64,000 nucleotides of DNA from Chrysomallon squamiferum (lineage: Eukaryota; Animalia; Mollusca). The notes under the pieces were generated by a model. It had not been told where the DNA came from and did no database searches. It worked only from the letters and a program-made list of their open reading frames with translations. A program made the translations under genes and the position numbers. Numbering within the stretch: position 1 is the first letter of the stretch; every line of letters begins with the position of its first letter. This document shows, piece after piece, positions 20,644 to 32,162 of the stretch. The stretch lies in NCBI GenBank assembly GCA_012295275.1, contig CM022675.1:3906001-3970000 (forward strand), in the 5' to 3' direction.

Positions 20644-22231
20644 TTATTATTACTATTATTTTTATTATTATTATTATTGTATTGTTTTTGTTGTTATTGT
20701 TGTTGTGATCATTATTAACATAATGACAAAATAGCTAAATTAATTTATTTTGCTGGAATTTCATTGTTTAACTGCAAGGTTTATTGCATTATTCTATGAG
20801 AGAAGTTCAAACTACTGAATTTGATAACGTATTAGCGAGGACAAGCTGGATCGGGAAAAAGACCAAATCGTGAAATAATTGTCAGATTAAAAATGATTTG
20901 GTCATTTTTTTTTAAACTAGGAGTCAGCTGATCACTGACTGAACAATAGTAACAATGTCAGTATTGTGGTTTAACTAATCTTAATTTAGTGTAATAACAC
21001 AGGTCAGCGTTTTCATTATTCACTGGTCAGATTGGGAAATTAGGAGTGATTCCCTACTGAATGGCATAATGAGACTGAAACTGATTTTCCCATGAATGAC
21101 AAAAGTCACCAATTTCCGGCTAACAATGGCGGAGAATAAAAACATGTAATTTTAACAGCGCTGTTCGTCATATTCAGCCATTAATACATTCAACAAACAC
21201 AGCGAGGACCAGTAAGCCAATTGTTTCGCCAACGCGCTGCAAAATATCATTCCCTTTTGTTCTAATCCCCTCAACTGCTCTCCCAACTTGACCACGGTTC
21301 ACAGAGTTAAGTGCCCCCATCGCGACTCTTTAAGCGAGAAGGTACAATTGTCTCCAGCCTTAATTACCCAGACCTAGTTGTCTAATCGTTTAACGGGCGG
21401 GAGACTAACACCCTCACAAAGAGCAGCAGCGTTGGCCGCTTCGTCGTCACTTGTCGTTTATCAGCTTAGCGGAGATTTTCTCTCGAGTGTTTTCTTTGCA
21501 GAGAATGGAGTGCGTCTGGATGTGTGGTAATTGCAGAACTGATTGTCTCTTTCGTATTTAATTTCAAAGGATTAGCCCGCAAAAGTTAACCATTATTTTA
21601 GCTCTTAGCATAATTCAGTTTCGTATATTTCCGTTTATTTTCGTTCAGCTTTCACACGCTTTTCGTTTGTTAGTCTTACGTAACAGTAATTTATAATTTA
21701 TAATAACTGAACTGAATTGAACTTTATTTATAATCAGGCCGTACTTTACGGCATATGAGGATATATTTATACAAAATTTAATACAATTATAAGAATTATT
21801 TTACAAGGTACTGGATTTACAATAATGTGCATAACAATAAAAATATATCAGTATTGAATATGTCCGAGTATTTGAAAAATTGTTTTGATTAGATTACAGA
21901 AAATAGAAAGTTTTCTAAGGACACCAGCTTTTTTGAGTTGAATAATTTATAAAACTTATGAATGCTTGGTTTAGACTGACAGAGGGTTAAAATTGGAAGA
22001 GATTAAAAGATTAAGTGTTGTTTATACTTACTAAATCTTAACTGTTTAATTAAAAATGTAATATTTAAATAGATGTTTATAATATCCTGTTTTAATACTT
22101 ATCTTTATTTAACACACACACACACACATACATAGATAGATAGATATGCAAAGGCTTACATATATATTTATTATTACTGTTAATATTAGTACTATTACTA
22201 CTACAGCTACTACTACTGCTACTGCTACTTC

Positions 22232-22274
<43 letters not shown>

Positions 22275-22585
22275 TATAATTATTATTATTATTATTATTA
22301 TCGTTAGTGGAAGTAGAAGTAATAAACGTAGTAGTAGTAGTAGTAGTAGTATTTTTATAGATCTATTTTATTAGATGGAGAAAAATATATAGCGAGACCG
22401 ACAGAGAAAAAGAAAATAATAATTATTAGTATTATATCATCAGCAGCAGCATCATATCATCATATCATCATAATCATTATCATTAACATCATCATCATCA
22501 TCATTATTATCATTAACATCATCATCATTATTATTATTATCATAATATTATAATATAATAATAATTATTATTAATAATATTATTA

Positions 22586-22624
<39 letters not shown>

Positions 22625-24119
22625 CAAACGAGTTTTAAATTAAAGAACAGTTATTATTATATACCCAAACGAGTTTTAAACGAAAGAACAGTTATGTATA
22701 AACGCAATTATAGTGTTTTTTTTTTTTTCAAGGACAGACAAATTTTCTATTTTTTTATTATTATTATTTTTTTTTTCTTTTCTTTTGCTGCTGTGCATCT
22801 TTCTCATTCTGTCATTGTTACTGCCGGCGTGACGAATTTGCACCAAGTGACCTTTTTGCACTTGACTACCCACGTGTAAAATACGGTGTATGAAAAATCA
22901 TATTTTGTAACACAGAATGACATTGTCGTTTTAGTGCTCTTGTCTTTTGTATTTTTGTTACTTCGTTAACTATAGGGTGCGGCAGCAGTAGAGTGATTTA
23001 CTGGGGGAAAACAAAAATAAAAAATCTGAGGTGATCATGATATTGAATGTTACAGAATTCAGGACCGGAAATTCCCCCCACACATTTATTATCAATGTTG
23101 TTGTTGTAATTTTGTTTTATTAGTTTTAAAAAAAAAAATCGAATTATTTATTTTATTTTTATTGTTTCGATGGAGATTTCAGGATTTAAAAATAACAACA
23201 GACAAATAAAGAATGATAAAAAAATTAACTACAACAAAACAAAATGAAACAAACAACAAAACCCCCAAACAAACAAAGAACAAATAAATAATACCATTAT
23301 CAATAACAACAACAACAATCACAAGAACAATAACAAAGTAACAGTAATGATAAAAGTAACAACCAGACATACATACGCCTTTACGAAAATATATATTTTT
23401 TCCTTTATTTAATTAATTAATTCAATTTAATTTACTTTTCTCATCCTTATTTACTTTTACTTACTTATTTATTTATTTATTTAATTGAGTTTAATTTAAT
23501 TTAATTTACTTACTTAATTTGTTTAATTTGTTTTTATCTATTTAATTATTTGTTTTTATCTATTTAATTATTCATTTATTTATTCATTTAATTAATTAAA
23601 CTAAATTAAATTTACTAAACTTTTGTTTTATTTTTGTTTTTAATCTATTTAAGTTTATTTTATTTGTTTTATTTATTTCATTTATTTATTTAATTAAATT
23701 AAATTTTGTTTTAAATTTACTTGTTTATTTAACTTGTTTATTTGTTTGTTTATTTATTTACTTTTGTATTTATTTATTTATTTGTTTGTTTATTTATTTA
23801 CTTACTTATTTATTTATTTACTTTTGTATTTATTTATTTATTTGTTTGTTTTATTTGTTTTATTTATTTATTTATTTACTTATTTATTTATTTATTTAGT
23901 TAGTTAGATATTCAATTAGTTAGTTACTATTTTGTTTATTTATAGACTTATTTGTTTATTTATTTATTTGCTTGTTTATTTGTTTATTTATTTATTTGCT
24001 TGTTTATTTGTTTATTTATTTATTTACTTTTGTATTTATTTATTTATTTATTTACTTATTTATTTATTTACTTTTGTATTTATTTATTTATTTATTTATT
24101 TTTGTATTTATTTATTTAC

Positions 24120-24174
<55 letters not shown>

Positions 24175-24969
24175 TTTGTTTACTCATTCCTCTATTTGTC
24201 TACTGACAGACGGACACCTGGATTACAGTAACGTGCGGCGATACAGAACAGCGTTCACGAAGGAGCAGATTGGACGACTGGAGAAGGAATTCGCTAAAGA
24301 AAATTACATCTCCAGACCCAAGCGTTGTGAGCTCGCGTCCTCGCTCAACCTGCCTGAAAGCACCATAAAAGTAAGTCTGGTTTCTTCTCCTTGCTGTGGT
24401 TATTGTTGCTGTTATTATTATTATTAGTAGTAGTAGTAATATTAATAGCAGCAGCAGTATAAATAGTTGTAGTAATAGCAGTCGTAGTGAGAGTAATAAC
24501 AGAAGTGGCCGCTGCAGTTGTGGTAATAGTAACTATCAATAACACTGCTAATTATATTAACAGAAAGAAAAAGAAAGTAACATAATCTATATGTTGCCAA
24601 TATCGTAAAATAATTTTTGGCCTATGTGGGGGTCGAACCCACGACATTCGCGTTATTAGCACGACACTCTAACCAACTGAGCTAACAGGCCTGACCATGA
24701 AAGATGTAGTACAACAACGGCTCATGTAATAACATGTTGCCACGAATGACTGTAATGAGAATATGTTCAGCCATTATTACAAGTCCATCTTCACCTTTAA
24801 TAACCATATTACTACGTCTTTTAATACATAACAGAAGCACTATTATCCTCGTCATCATAATTATTATCATTATCAATATTATCATCATGCTCTTAGACAT
24901 GATCAGTATCATCATATTCATAATCATCAGTGTCATCATTATAATTATAATCATTATCATTTATTATTA

Positions 24970-25027
<58 letters not shown>

Positions 25028-25072
25028 CATGATGATGATGATTTTTATTATAGTATTATTATTATTATTATA

Positions 25073-25165
<93 letters not shown>

Positions 25166-25965
25166 ACAACGGAATCCACTTTCCGTTGAATACAGTGGAA
25201 TCTGCTTCTTCTTGAGCTTGTTGTTGTTCTTCTTCTTCTGTTACGTTTATACAATCCTTTACAGGTAAATTAGATAAACTGCAGGTGTTATTTTATACTT
25301 TTTTTTAAATTAATTTGGTCGAGGATTTCATTTTAGGAATAGTTAATCTACAGGTGTCTGTACGTCTATCTGTCTTTAATATCTGCTGTAGTGTTTCTAT
25401 TATTAAACTGTTTAAACGTGTTTTCCAGGTCTGGTTTCAGAACAGACGGATGAAAGACAAACGTCAGAGGATGGCTCTCGCATGGCCTTATGGGATTCCT
25501 CCTGATCCACACCTCTACGCCTACCTAGCCGCAGCCGCAGCCGCCTACCCGTACGGCATCCCCACCTCTCCTGCCGTCACCCACCCTGGTCTAGTTCTTC
25601 CGGGTCAAAACCCTGGATTGTCGCCCTTCGGTATTGCAGGAATGGCGCCGCCCAGGCCGGAGACGTTGCCCACTAGCAGTCCTGCCTCCGTTCACAAACC
25701 CACGCCTCTCATTGATGGAATTCCCGTTTCCATGGCAACGCACAGTGCATACCCGTTTGGTTTCGGTCACATGGGCGGACTGGGGTTTCACGAACAGTCG
25801 CTGCACACGTCCGGTCTGTCGCTGTGTTTCTCTAACAAACCTTGTCCCTGCCACATGGGATCGGTGCTCGGACTTCATCCACTCAGTGCGCATGTCTCGG
25901 GTTTACTTCCTCCCGGAAGCGGGACGCCACCAAACGTTAGGAAAAGCGAGGTGAACATTTCGTAG
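12702..25965 (+). CDS. Evx: Even-skipped family homeobox transcription factor (309 aa, 3 coding exons)
   Basis: join(12702..12933,24210..24370,25429..25965) = 930 nt. Homeodomain [60 protein letters not shown] is diagnostic of Eve/Evx (RRYRTAF, ENY-SRP-RCELA, MKDKRQR). It is followed by the family-typical LAWP..DP motif and an Ala/Pro-rich repression region. Confidence 0.95.
18632..18701 (+). repeat. 31-bp tandem duplication in Evx intron 1
   Basis: tctgtcagtgtacagaacactgtagaatacg occurs twice, plus a partial third copy. Confidence 0.85.
18798..18833 (-). mobile_element. Probable MITE / non-autonomous DNA transposon terminus relic
   Basis: Minus strand reads ctggggcggatccagctttt...gaggggggtcc, resembling the GGGGCGGATCCAG-type termini common in invertebrate MITEs (recognised from memory). 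No partner end found. Confidence 0.4.
22612..22695 (+). repeat. ~40-bp tandem duplication
   Basis: tacccaaacgagttttaaa..aaagaacagttat at 22621 and 22662. Confidence 0.8.
24210..24370 (+). CDS. Evx: Evx coding exon 2 (homeodomain residues 1-46)
   Basis: ctgacag acceptor, AAA|GTAAGT donor; [16 protein letters not shown]...PESTIK. Confidence 0.97.
24618..24691 (-). tRNA. trnI-AAT: tRNA-Ile(AAT), copy 1, antisense in Evx intron 2
   Basis: GGCCTGTTAGCTCAGTTGGTTAGAGTGTCGTGCTAATAACGCGAATGTCGTGGGTTCGACCCCCACATAGGCCA folds to a full cloverleaf with anticodon AAT, A and B boxes, and a T4 terminator downstream. C25T gives a G10-U25 wobble. Confidence 0.93.
25429..25965 (+). CDS. Evx: Evx coding exon 3 (helix 3 and C-terminus)
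   Basis: ttttccag acceptor; [40 protein letters not shown]...SEVNIS*. Confidence 0.97.
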   Translation, partial: VWFQNRRMKDKRQRMALAWPYGIPPDPHLYAYLAAAAAAYPYGIPTSPAVTHPGLVLPGQNPGLSPFGIAGMAPPRPETLPTSSPASVHKPTPLIDGIPVSMATHSAYPFGFGHMGGLGFHEQSLHTSGLSLCFSNKPCPCHMGSVLGLHPLSAHVSGLLPPGSGTPPNVRKSEVNIS

Positions 25966-26006
25966 ATGAACGTCTGGATTCAACCGTGCAATAACTTTAC
26001 AGACAA

Positions 26007-26062
26007 TCGCTCGTCACAGAATTGATGACGTCATTCGCTCGTCACAGAATTTATGACGTCAT
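26007..26062 (+). repeat. 28-bp tandem duplication with two ATGACGTCAT palindromes in Evx 3' UTR
   Basis: tcgctcgtcacagaatt(g/t)atgacgtcat occurs twice. Confidence 0.9.
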
Positions 26063-26392
26063 TCGAGGCTCGTACAGTAGGAAAGATTTGTAGGAACGCG
26101 ATCTGTGATTCCTGCAGCACTTCCAATCACCTCAGTTCTACTTTATAAACTGAAATTACTTCTGATAAAATGTTCTGTGTGAAGCCGCCTTTATTTCGAT
26201 CAGTGAATGTCGATGACACATGTGAGTTTTGAAAGATCTAATCCACGTGTTATATCGAATGACGTTTCAAGTCCGTCTTTCGTAGACATGCAATGAATAA
26301 ATATCTGACTGAATATTCAATCATGCGTGACATGGACAAAAAATACTAAAGTATGAAACGAAAATAAAACTGGATTTTAAATTTTATTTTAC

Positions 26393-26455
<63 letters not shown>

Positions 26456-26772
26456 GATTTCTGAAAACTGAAAATACAAAATTATCATGCTAATGATAAA
26501 AACTCGATTTGTTGCCTTATGATGACTGTTTTACTTTTCCGTAGTTATTAACTTTTGTTATTCTTAAAAATACTTTCTGCAAAAGATAATTTATTAAATG
26601 AATATATCAGCAGTTGAAGTTAAAAAGGCAATTATCGACAATATTTTCAGCTGAATATCTTTTGAGGAATGTGTACTACAATTATTGATGACAGAGTTGT
26701 CTGACACTATATGCAAATTAAATATTCAGGATGTTGGAAATATTCCTGTTGCAAAATAAATTTTATGTCATA

Positions 26773-26806
<34 letters not shown>

Positions 26807-26862
26807 TATATATTTGAATGAGTTTTGCTATTGTCATTATTATCAACTTGTAATTATTATAA

Positions 26863-26868
26863 AATAAA
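26863..26868 (+). terminator. Candidate Evx polyadenylation signal
   Basis: AATAAA followed by GT/T-rich sequence (gtgggttttttttt). Alternative AATAAA sites at 26296, 26363 and 26755. Confidence 0.35.
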
Positions 26869-27081
26869 CTGTGGTTTATTAAATATATCGTTCCTTTAGT
26901 GGGTTTTTTTTTTCTCTCATTTCATTCAGCATATACATGTTTTTCTTTACATTTGAAAATAGTCTTTGTATTTTAGATTTTTTATTGCTCGATATTCTCA
27001 CTGGTTACTTTGTGTCCACTGTAGCTGCAACTTTCTTATTTATCACTATCACTACTCCATACAACACAACTACTACTACTA

Positions 27082-27124
<43 letters not shown>

Positions 27125-28773
27125 AATTACTACTACTACTACTACTCCTATTTCTTCTTCTTCTACTACTACTACATCTAAGGCTACAAAACTACTACTA
27201 CTTAACTGCTACTACTACTACTATTACTTCTACTGCTATCACTACCTCTAAGGCTACAACTACTACTACTATTTCTCCAATTGCTATTACTACTACTATT
27301 TCTTCTTCCTATTTACTTCTTCTACTACTACTACATCTACTACTACCACTATTTCCTATTACTACTACTATTATTCTTCTACTGCTACTACTACTACATC
27401 TATGGCTACAACAACCAATTTCTTCTATTGCTAATTACTTCTATTGCTTCTTACTACTACTACTACTATCTTTCAACTAACTGCTATTTATTTTATTGCT
27501 ATAACTACTACTATTACATCTTTTACTGCTACTACTACTACTTCTACTGCTACAACAACTACCACTATTTCTTCTATTGCTATTACTACTACTATTACTT
27601 CTTCTTCTGCTACTACTATACTACAACTACTTCTACATTACTATACTACTTCTGCTTCTATGATTGCTTCTGCTTCAAGGACTATACAACACGACACGGT
27701 ATTTATTATCTGATATAATTTTATGTTCTAGCTGAAACTGGAATTTACTGCTGATTTATAACCTGTCTGACCATAAATGTTTGTTTTGTTGGAGTTTATT
27801 TTATAGTAATTTCCTTCTTTTTTTTTTTTTTAAAAATATGTTTATCTGCAATAAATATATATATATATAAAAAAAGTTATAACAAAGATGTAAAATATCT
27901 TCTATTTTAGTTAAACATTTCTAAAAAAAAATTTTTTTCCTATACTTTTAAAATTAGATAGATTTGTGTTTACGCTTTTTGAAAAACTATTAGATATACG
28001 TTTGCATACCTACACACACATAAAACGCAGCACACACACAAAAAAAAAAAAAAAATGTTAAAGGAGAGATTCAACAGTTTTATAACTGACTCAAACTTCT
28101 GGATGTCACTGTGATACGTGTGACCGTGGGGTAACGTTCTTACCTGGACAGTCGTAATACGTTTTGTTGGGGTTTTTATGATACCTTTGCACACCTGTAA
28201 TTATACGTGAACGTACAGACAACACAGGTGTTCGGCTTTGATCTATTTCTCAGGCAATCATTTCTTATATCGTAAAACACTGCTTGCTTCGCTGAGTCCT
28301 TTCGCGCTGTCTCACCTGTTTCAGGTAAATTACAGGTAGATGAAAAAAGGATGAGAGAAATATATAATGGCGGTTTATTTATTTTCAGTTTTTAATATGA
28401 GAAGCTGTTAATGTGTGTTATATTGAAATGTTCAAAACGAAGGATCATGTTACATTAATGTCATATAAACCCCTTTGAAGAGAAATACTGAAATTTATAC
28501 ACATTAGCACTGATATGCATGATATACACATAAACATGCACACACCGATAGTTACATATATTAATATATTAACTTATGCATGTATGGTTATATATAGTCA
28601 CACTCGTAAATAATTATATAGATGTACATGTCATTAAGTGTATTTAAAAATGCTTTTTTAAGAAATCAAGAAAACACAGTATTAAACAGCTGAATTAAAA
28701 TGAATTTATTTGAAATAATTAGTATGTTGTCTACATTGATATATATATATAATGAAAAACTAAAAAACATTGT

Positions 28774-28847
28774 TGGCCCATGTGGGGGTCGAACCCACGA
28801 CATTCGCGTTATTAGCACGACGCTCTAACCAACTGAGCTAACAGGCC
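28774..28847 (-). tRNA. trnI-AAT: tRNA-Ile(AAT), copy 2
   Basis: 74-nt cloverleaf, intact D-stem GCTC/GAGC, anticodon AAT, T6 terminator downstream on the minus strand. Confidence 0.96.
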
Positions 28848-28899
28848 TCACGTATTTGTAAATAAGCACATTAAGTTCTCTATGTATGTATGCATATTT

Positions 28900-28940
<41 letters not shown>

Positions 28941-28957
28941 TGTGTTTGTGTGTGTTT

Positions 28958-28996
<39 letters not shown>

Positions 28997-29058
28997 TGTG
29001 TTTGTGTGTTTGTGTGTGTTTGTGTGTTTGTTTGTGTTTGTGTGTGTTTGTGTGTGTC

Positions 29059-29162
<104 letters not shown>

Positions 29163-30185
29163 TGTGTTTGTGTGTGTCTGTGTGTGTGTATACTGTTGCT
29201 ATTGCTGCTGCTGCTGATAAATAATTTTATATACATTTCTGAAATATTAAAACTGCCTTAAACACAACCTTATTACTATAGTAAGACAAACAACAAATAA
29301 AAACTATTTTCTGTATATCATTATTAATGTTATTATTATTTGACTTTATCCGCTAAGACTGACTACAACGACGTGGACAGTAGGGGGTCAGGAATGTCGA
29401 CGACAACAAAACGCGTGACGCACAACGAGTGGTCACTTAAGGGCCGAGCGGCGGTCTGTTAATCACGTGACATCAAAGTCGCTTACACTACCGACCCACA
29501 CTTACCCGCGGACTGTAAAGCGCTATAATGTCTAAATGTCACTTCGCGTAACTTGACCAGAAAATCGCTTTGTTGCCTTTCCTACTGCTAATGTTGACAA
29601 AACGTGTTTTGTCCGTGTGTCCTGTTGTCGTTCAGTCACTCGGAAACAATAATAATAATTACACCAGCCGTCTATTTGAACGTTCTCTGTGATGACAATA
29701 ATTGCATTTTTAAAAATACACCTTTTTTTAATCTTCTTTTATTTTATTTTATCATTATTTTTTTTTTTTTTGAGATGTGGTTATAAAATAATATCAAAAA
29801 CAGCGAAAGATTTAAATATACAACGTTTATGCCAGGGTGTAAATCATTTTATCGCTTGTGAATTACCAGGTATGGAGTGCCATATTGTCGTTATTGTTCA
29901 CAGCGTCGAGAGGTTCCACGTATATGGAAAACCATAACGCCATCATTGTGAACAAATGAAACCTGTCCGTATTAAGTACAGTACCGTGGTATGTGTGATT
30001 GTGAGTGTATGTGTGTGTGAGTGTGTGAGTTTGTGTGTGTTTGTGTGTGTGAGTTTGTGTGTGTGTGTATTTGTGTGTGTTTCTGTGTGTGTGCTTTGTG
30101 TGTGTTTTTGTGTTTGTGTTTTTGAGTGTGTGTTTTGTGTGTTTGTGTGTGTTTGTGTGTGTGTTTGTGTGTTTTTGTGTGTGTT

Positions 30186-30218
<33 letters not shown>

Positions 30219-30670
30219 AGGTGTATATGTGTGTTTTGTGTGTGTGCTTGTGTGTGTGTGATGGTGTGTGTGTTTTTTTGCGTGTGTGTTTGTGTGTATG
30301 TGTATGGTGTCTGCGTGCTCGTGTTTAATATTTATTACAGTTACTACTACTACTATCATCATGCTATTTTACACAATTACCAACACTACTACTACTACTT
30401 CTACTACTATCATCATTTTTATTACTACAGCTACTACCACTACTACAACTAGTACTACTACTACTACTACTACAACTACTACTATCACCAAACAAAATAT
30501 AATTTTATTACAGTACAAAATTAACCATGAGGACTAAACTCTGTATCTGAGAAACTGGGAACAAACGTGACCCAGTAAATATAATTATTCTGAATACAAC
30601 AGCTGCAATAAGCATTTGTAAATTAATCAAGAACACATAGGTTCTAATTATTTGTTGTATACCTATGTGA

Positions 30671-30744
30671 GGCCTGTTAGCTCAGTTGGTTAGAGCGTCG
30701 TGCTAATAACGCGAATGTCGTGGGTTCGACCCCCACATAGGCCA
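30671..30744 (+). tRNA. trnI-AAT: tRNA-Ile(AAT), copy 3
   Basis: GGCCTGTTAGCTCAGTTGGTTAGAGCGTCGTGCTAATAACGCGAATGTCGTGGGTTCGACCCCCACATAGGCCA, followed by T4/T5 terminators. Confidence 0.97.
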
Positions 30745-30916
30745 AACAATTACTTTTGACTTTTTACACTATTTATTTATTTATTTATTTAAAAATCATC
30801 TAAAATCAAAGGACAGATTATAAATGGTATTTATTGGTAAGAAATTCAATCACACGTGACGTAAAAAGATATGACGTATAGATGTTTCATATAACGAGAA
30901 CTGATATAATATAGTA

Positions 30917-30961
<45 letters not shown>

Positions 30962-31289
30962 GCAGTAGAAGTAGTAGTAATAATAATAATAAATAAATAA
31001 ATTATTTTTGAAGGCGTACACAAAACTTTATTATCTCTTCACGTTTCAGTGTATAAACCTTTTCTCGACAATAATAAAATTGTTAAGTAAACAACGCTCC
31101 AGAAATTCACAAGTTTTATATATATATATATATATTATGTCTACATATCTACAGTGACCTGTGTAAGCCAAATTTAAAACTGTACCCAAGCTGAACACAA
31201 AGTAACAGAGTTATCGTTAATCGTGCACTGCAGTTAAAAATATATATATATCACAAGCTGAGTGTTCATTATCTATATAATATACAAGT

Positions 31290-31520
31290 ATGTGTAGGGT
31301 ATGGCTTGTAAAAAATACAGTTGTAGCAACACGGTTTTATAAATATAAAAATACAAATCTAAGAACACGGTTTTGCAAAACGAATTTTGTAAATAATAAT
31401 TACTTTCTGTTTATACATTTTTTTAATGATTTTATTTTATAAAGTAATTATTATTTACAATATTTATTTTATGAAATGGTTTCGCCACATTCGTGTTTTT
31501 ACAAGCCGTATTTTACACAT
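31290..31520. repeat. Imperfect long inverted repeat (fold-back / MITE-like)
   Basis: Perfect 20-bp arms 31387-31406 / 31441-31460 and perfect 12-bp arms 31303-31314 / 31496-31507, within ~60-bp imperfect outer arms. Confidence 0.8.
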
Positions 31521-32088
31521 TTATTTGATGCTGTTTTCGATAATTGTTTATTACGAGAAAACGGAACGTGTGTTTTAAACTGAAGAGTGTGTAATGCTTG
31601 TATCATAAAACAAGACAGGTTACTCTATTTGTGACAGGTTAATAGAGAGGACCTCGCTCTGCTGAATTCAGTTTTTGTAAACAAGCTTAAAAATTACGGT
31701 AACAGAGGTAAAGAAAAATCTCTCAAAATTAGCGAAAGTTACTTGAAGTTCTTACTAAAACATCAAGCAGCTGTCACACCAAGCAACTTCTTCTATCTTT
31801 CATAAATCCAAATAAACAAGGAAATTATCAACTCGTTCTGTTTAAATGTGTAAACGCTATTCAGCTTATTGCCTGATGTTGAAAATATTCGCTGGTACAA
31901 TAACACACGTGTACATAATTATATACATTTAGGTGTACTCTCTTTAAAATGTTTAATATGCAAAAAAATCAACCAGCTAAACAAAAAGAACAAACAACAA
32001 ACAGACAAACCCCAAAAACTAAAAGGAAAAAAAAAAAAAAGGATTTTGCATTAATTATTTGGTATATAAATAAAGGTAAAAATCTTGT

Positions 32089-32162
32089 TGGCCCATGTGG
32101 GGGTCGAACCCACGACATTCGCGTTATTAGCACGACGTTCTAACCAACTGAGCTAACAGGCC
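32089..32162 (-). tRNA. trnI-AAT: tRNA-Ile(AAT), copy 4 (G24A D-stem variant)
   Basis: 74-nt cloverleaf, anticodon AAT, T5 terminator. The D-stem 3' strand is GAAC, giving a C11-A24 mismatch. Confidence 0.88.

Noticed and set aside
23972-24209. N-terminal extension of the homeobox ORF (MFICLFIY...)
   Set aside because: Intronic (TTTA)n repeat upstream of the acceptor at 24209.
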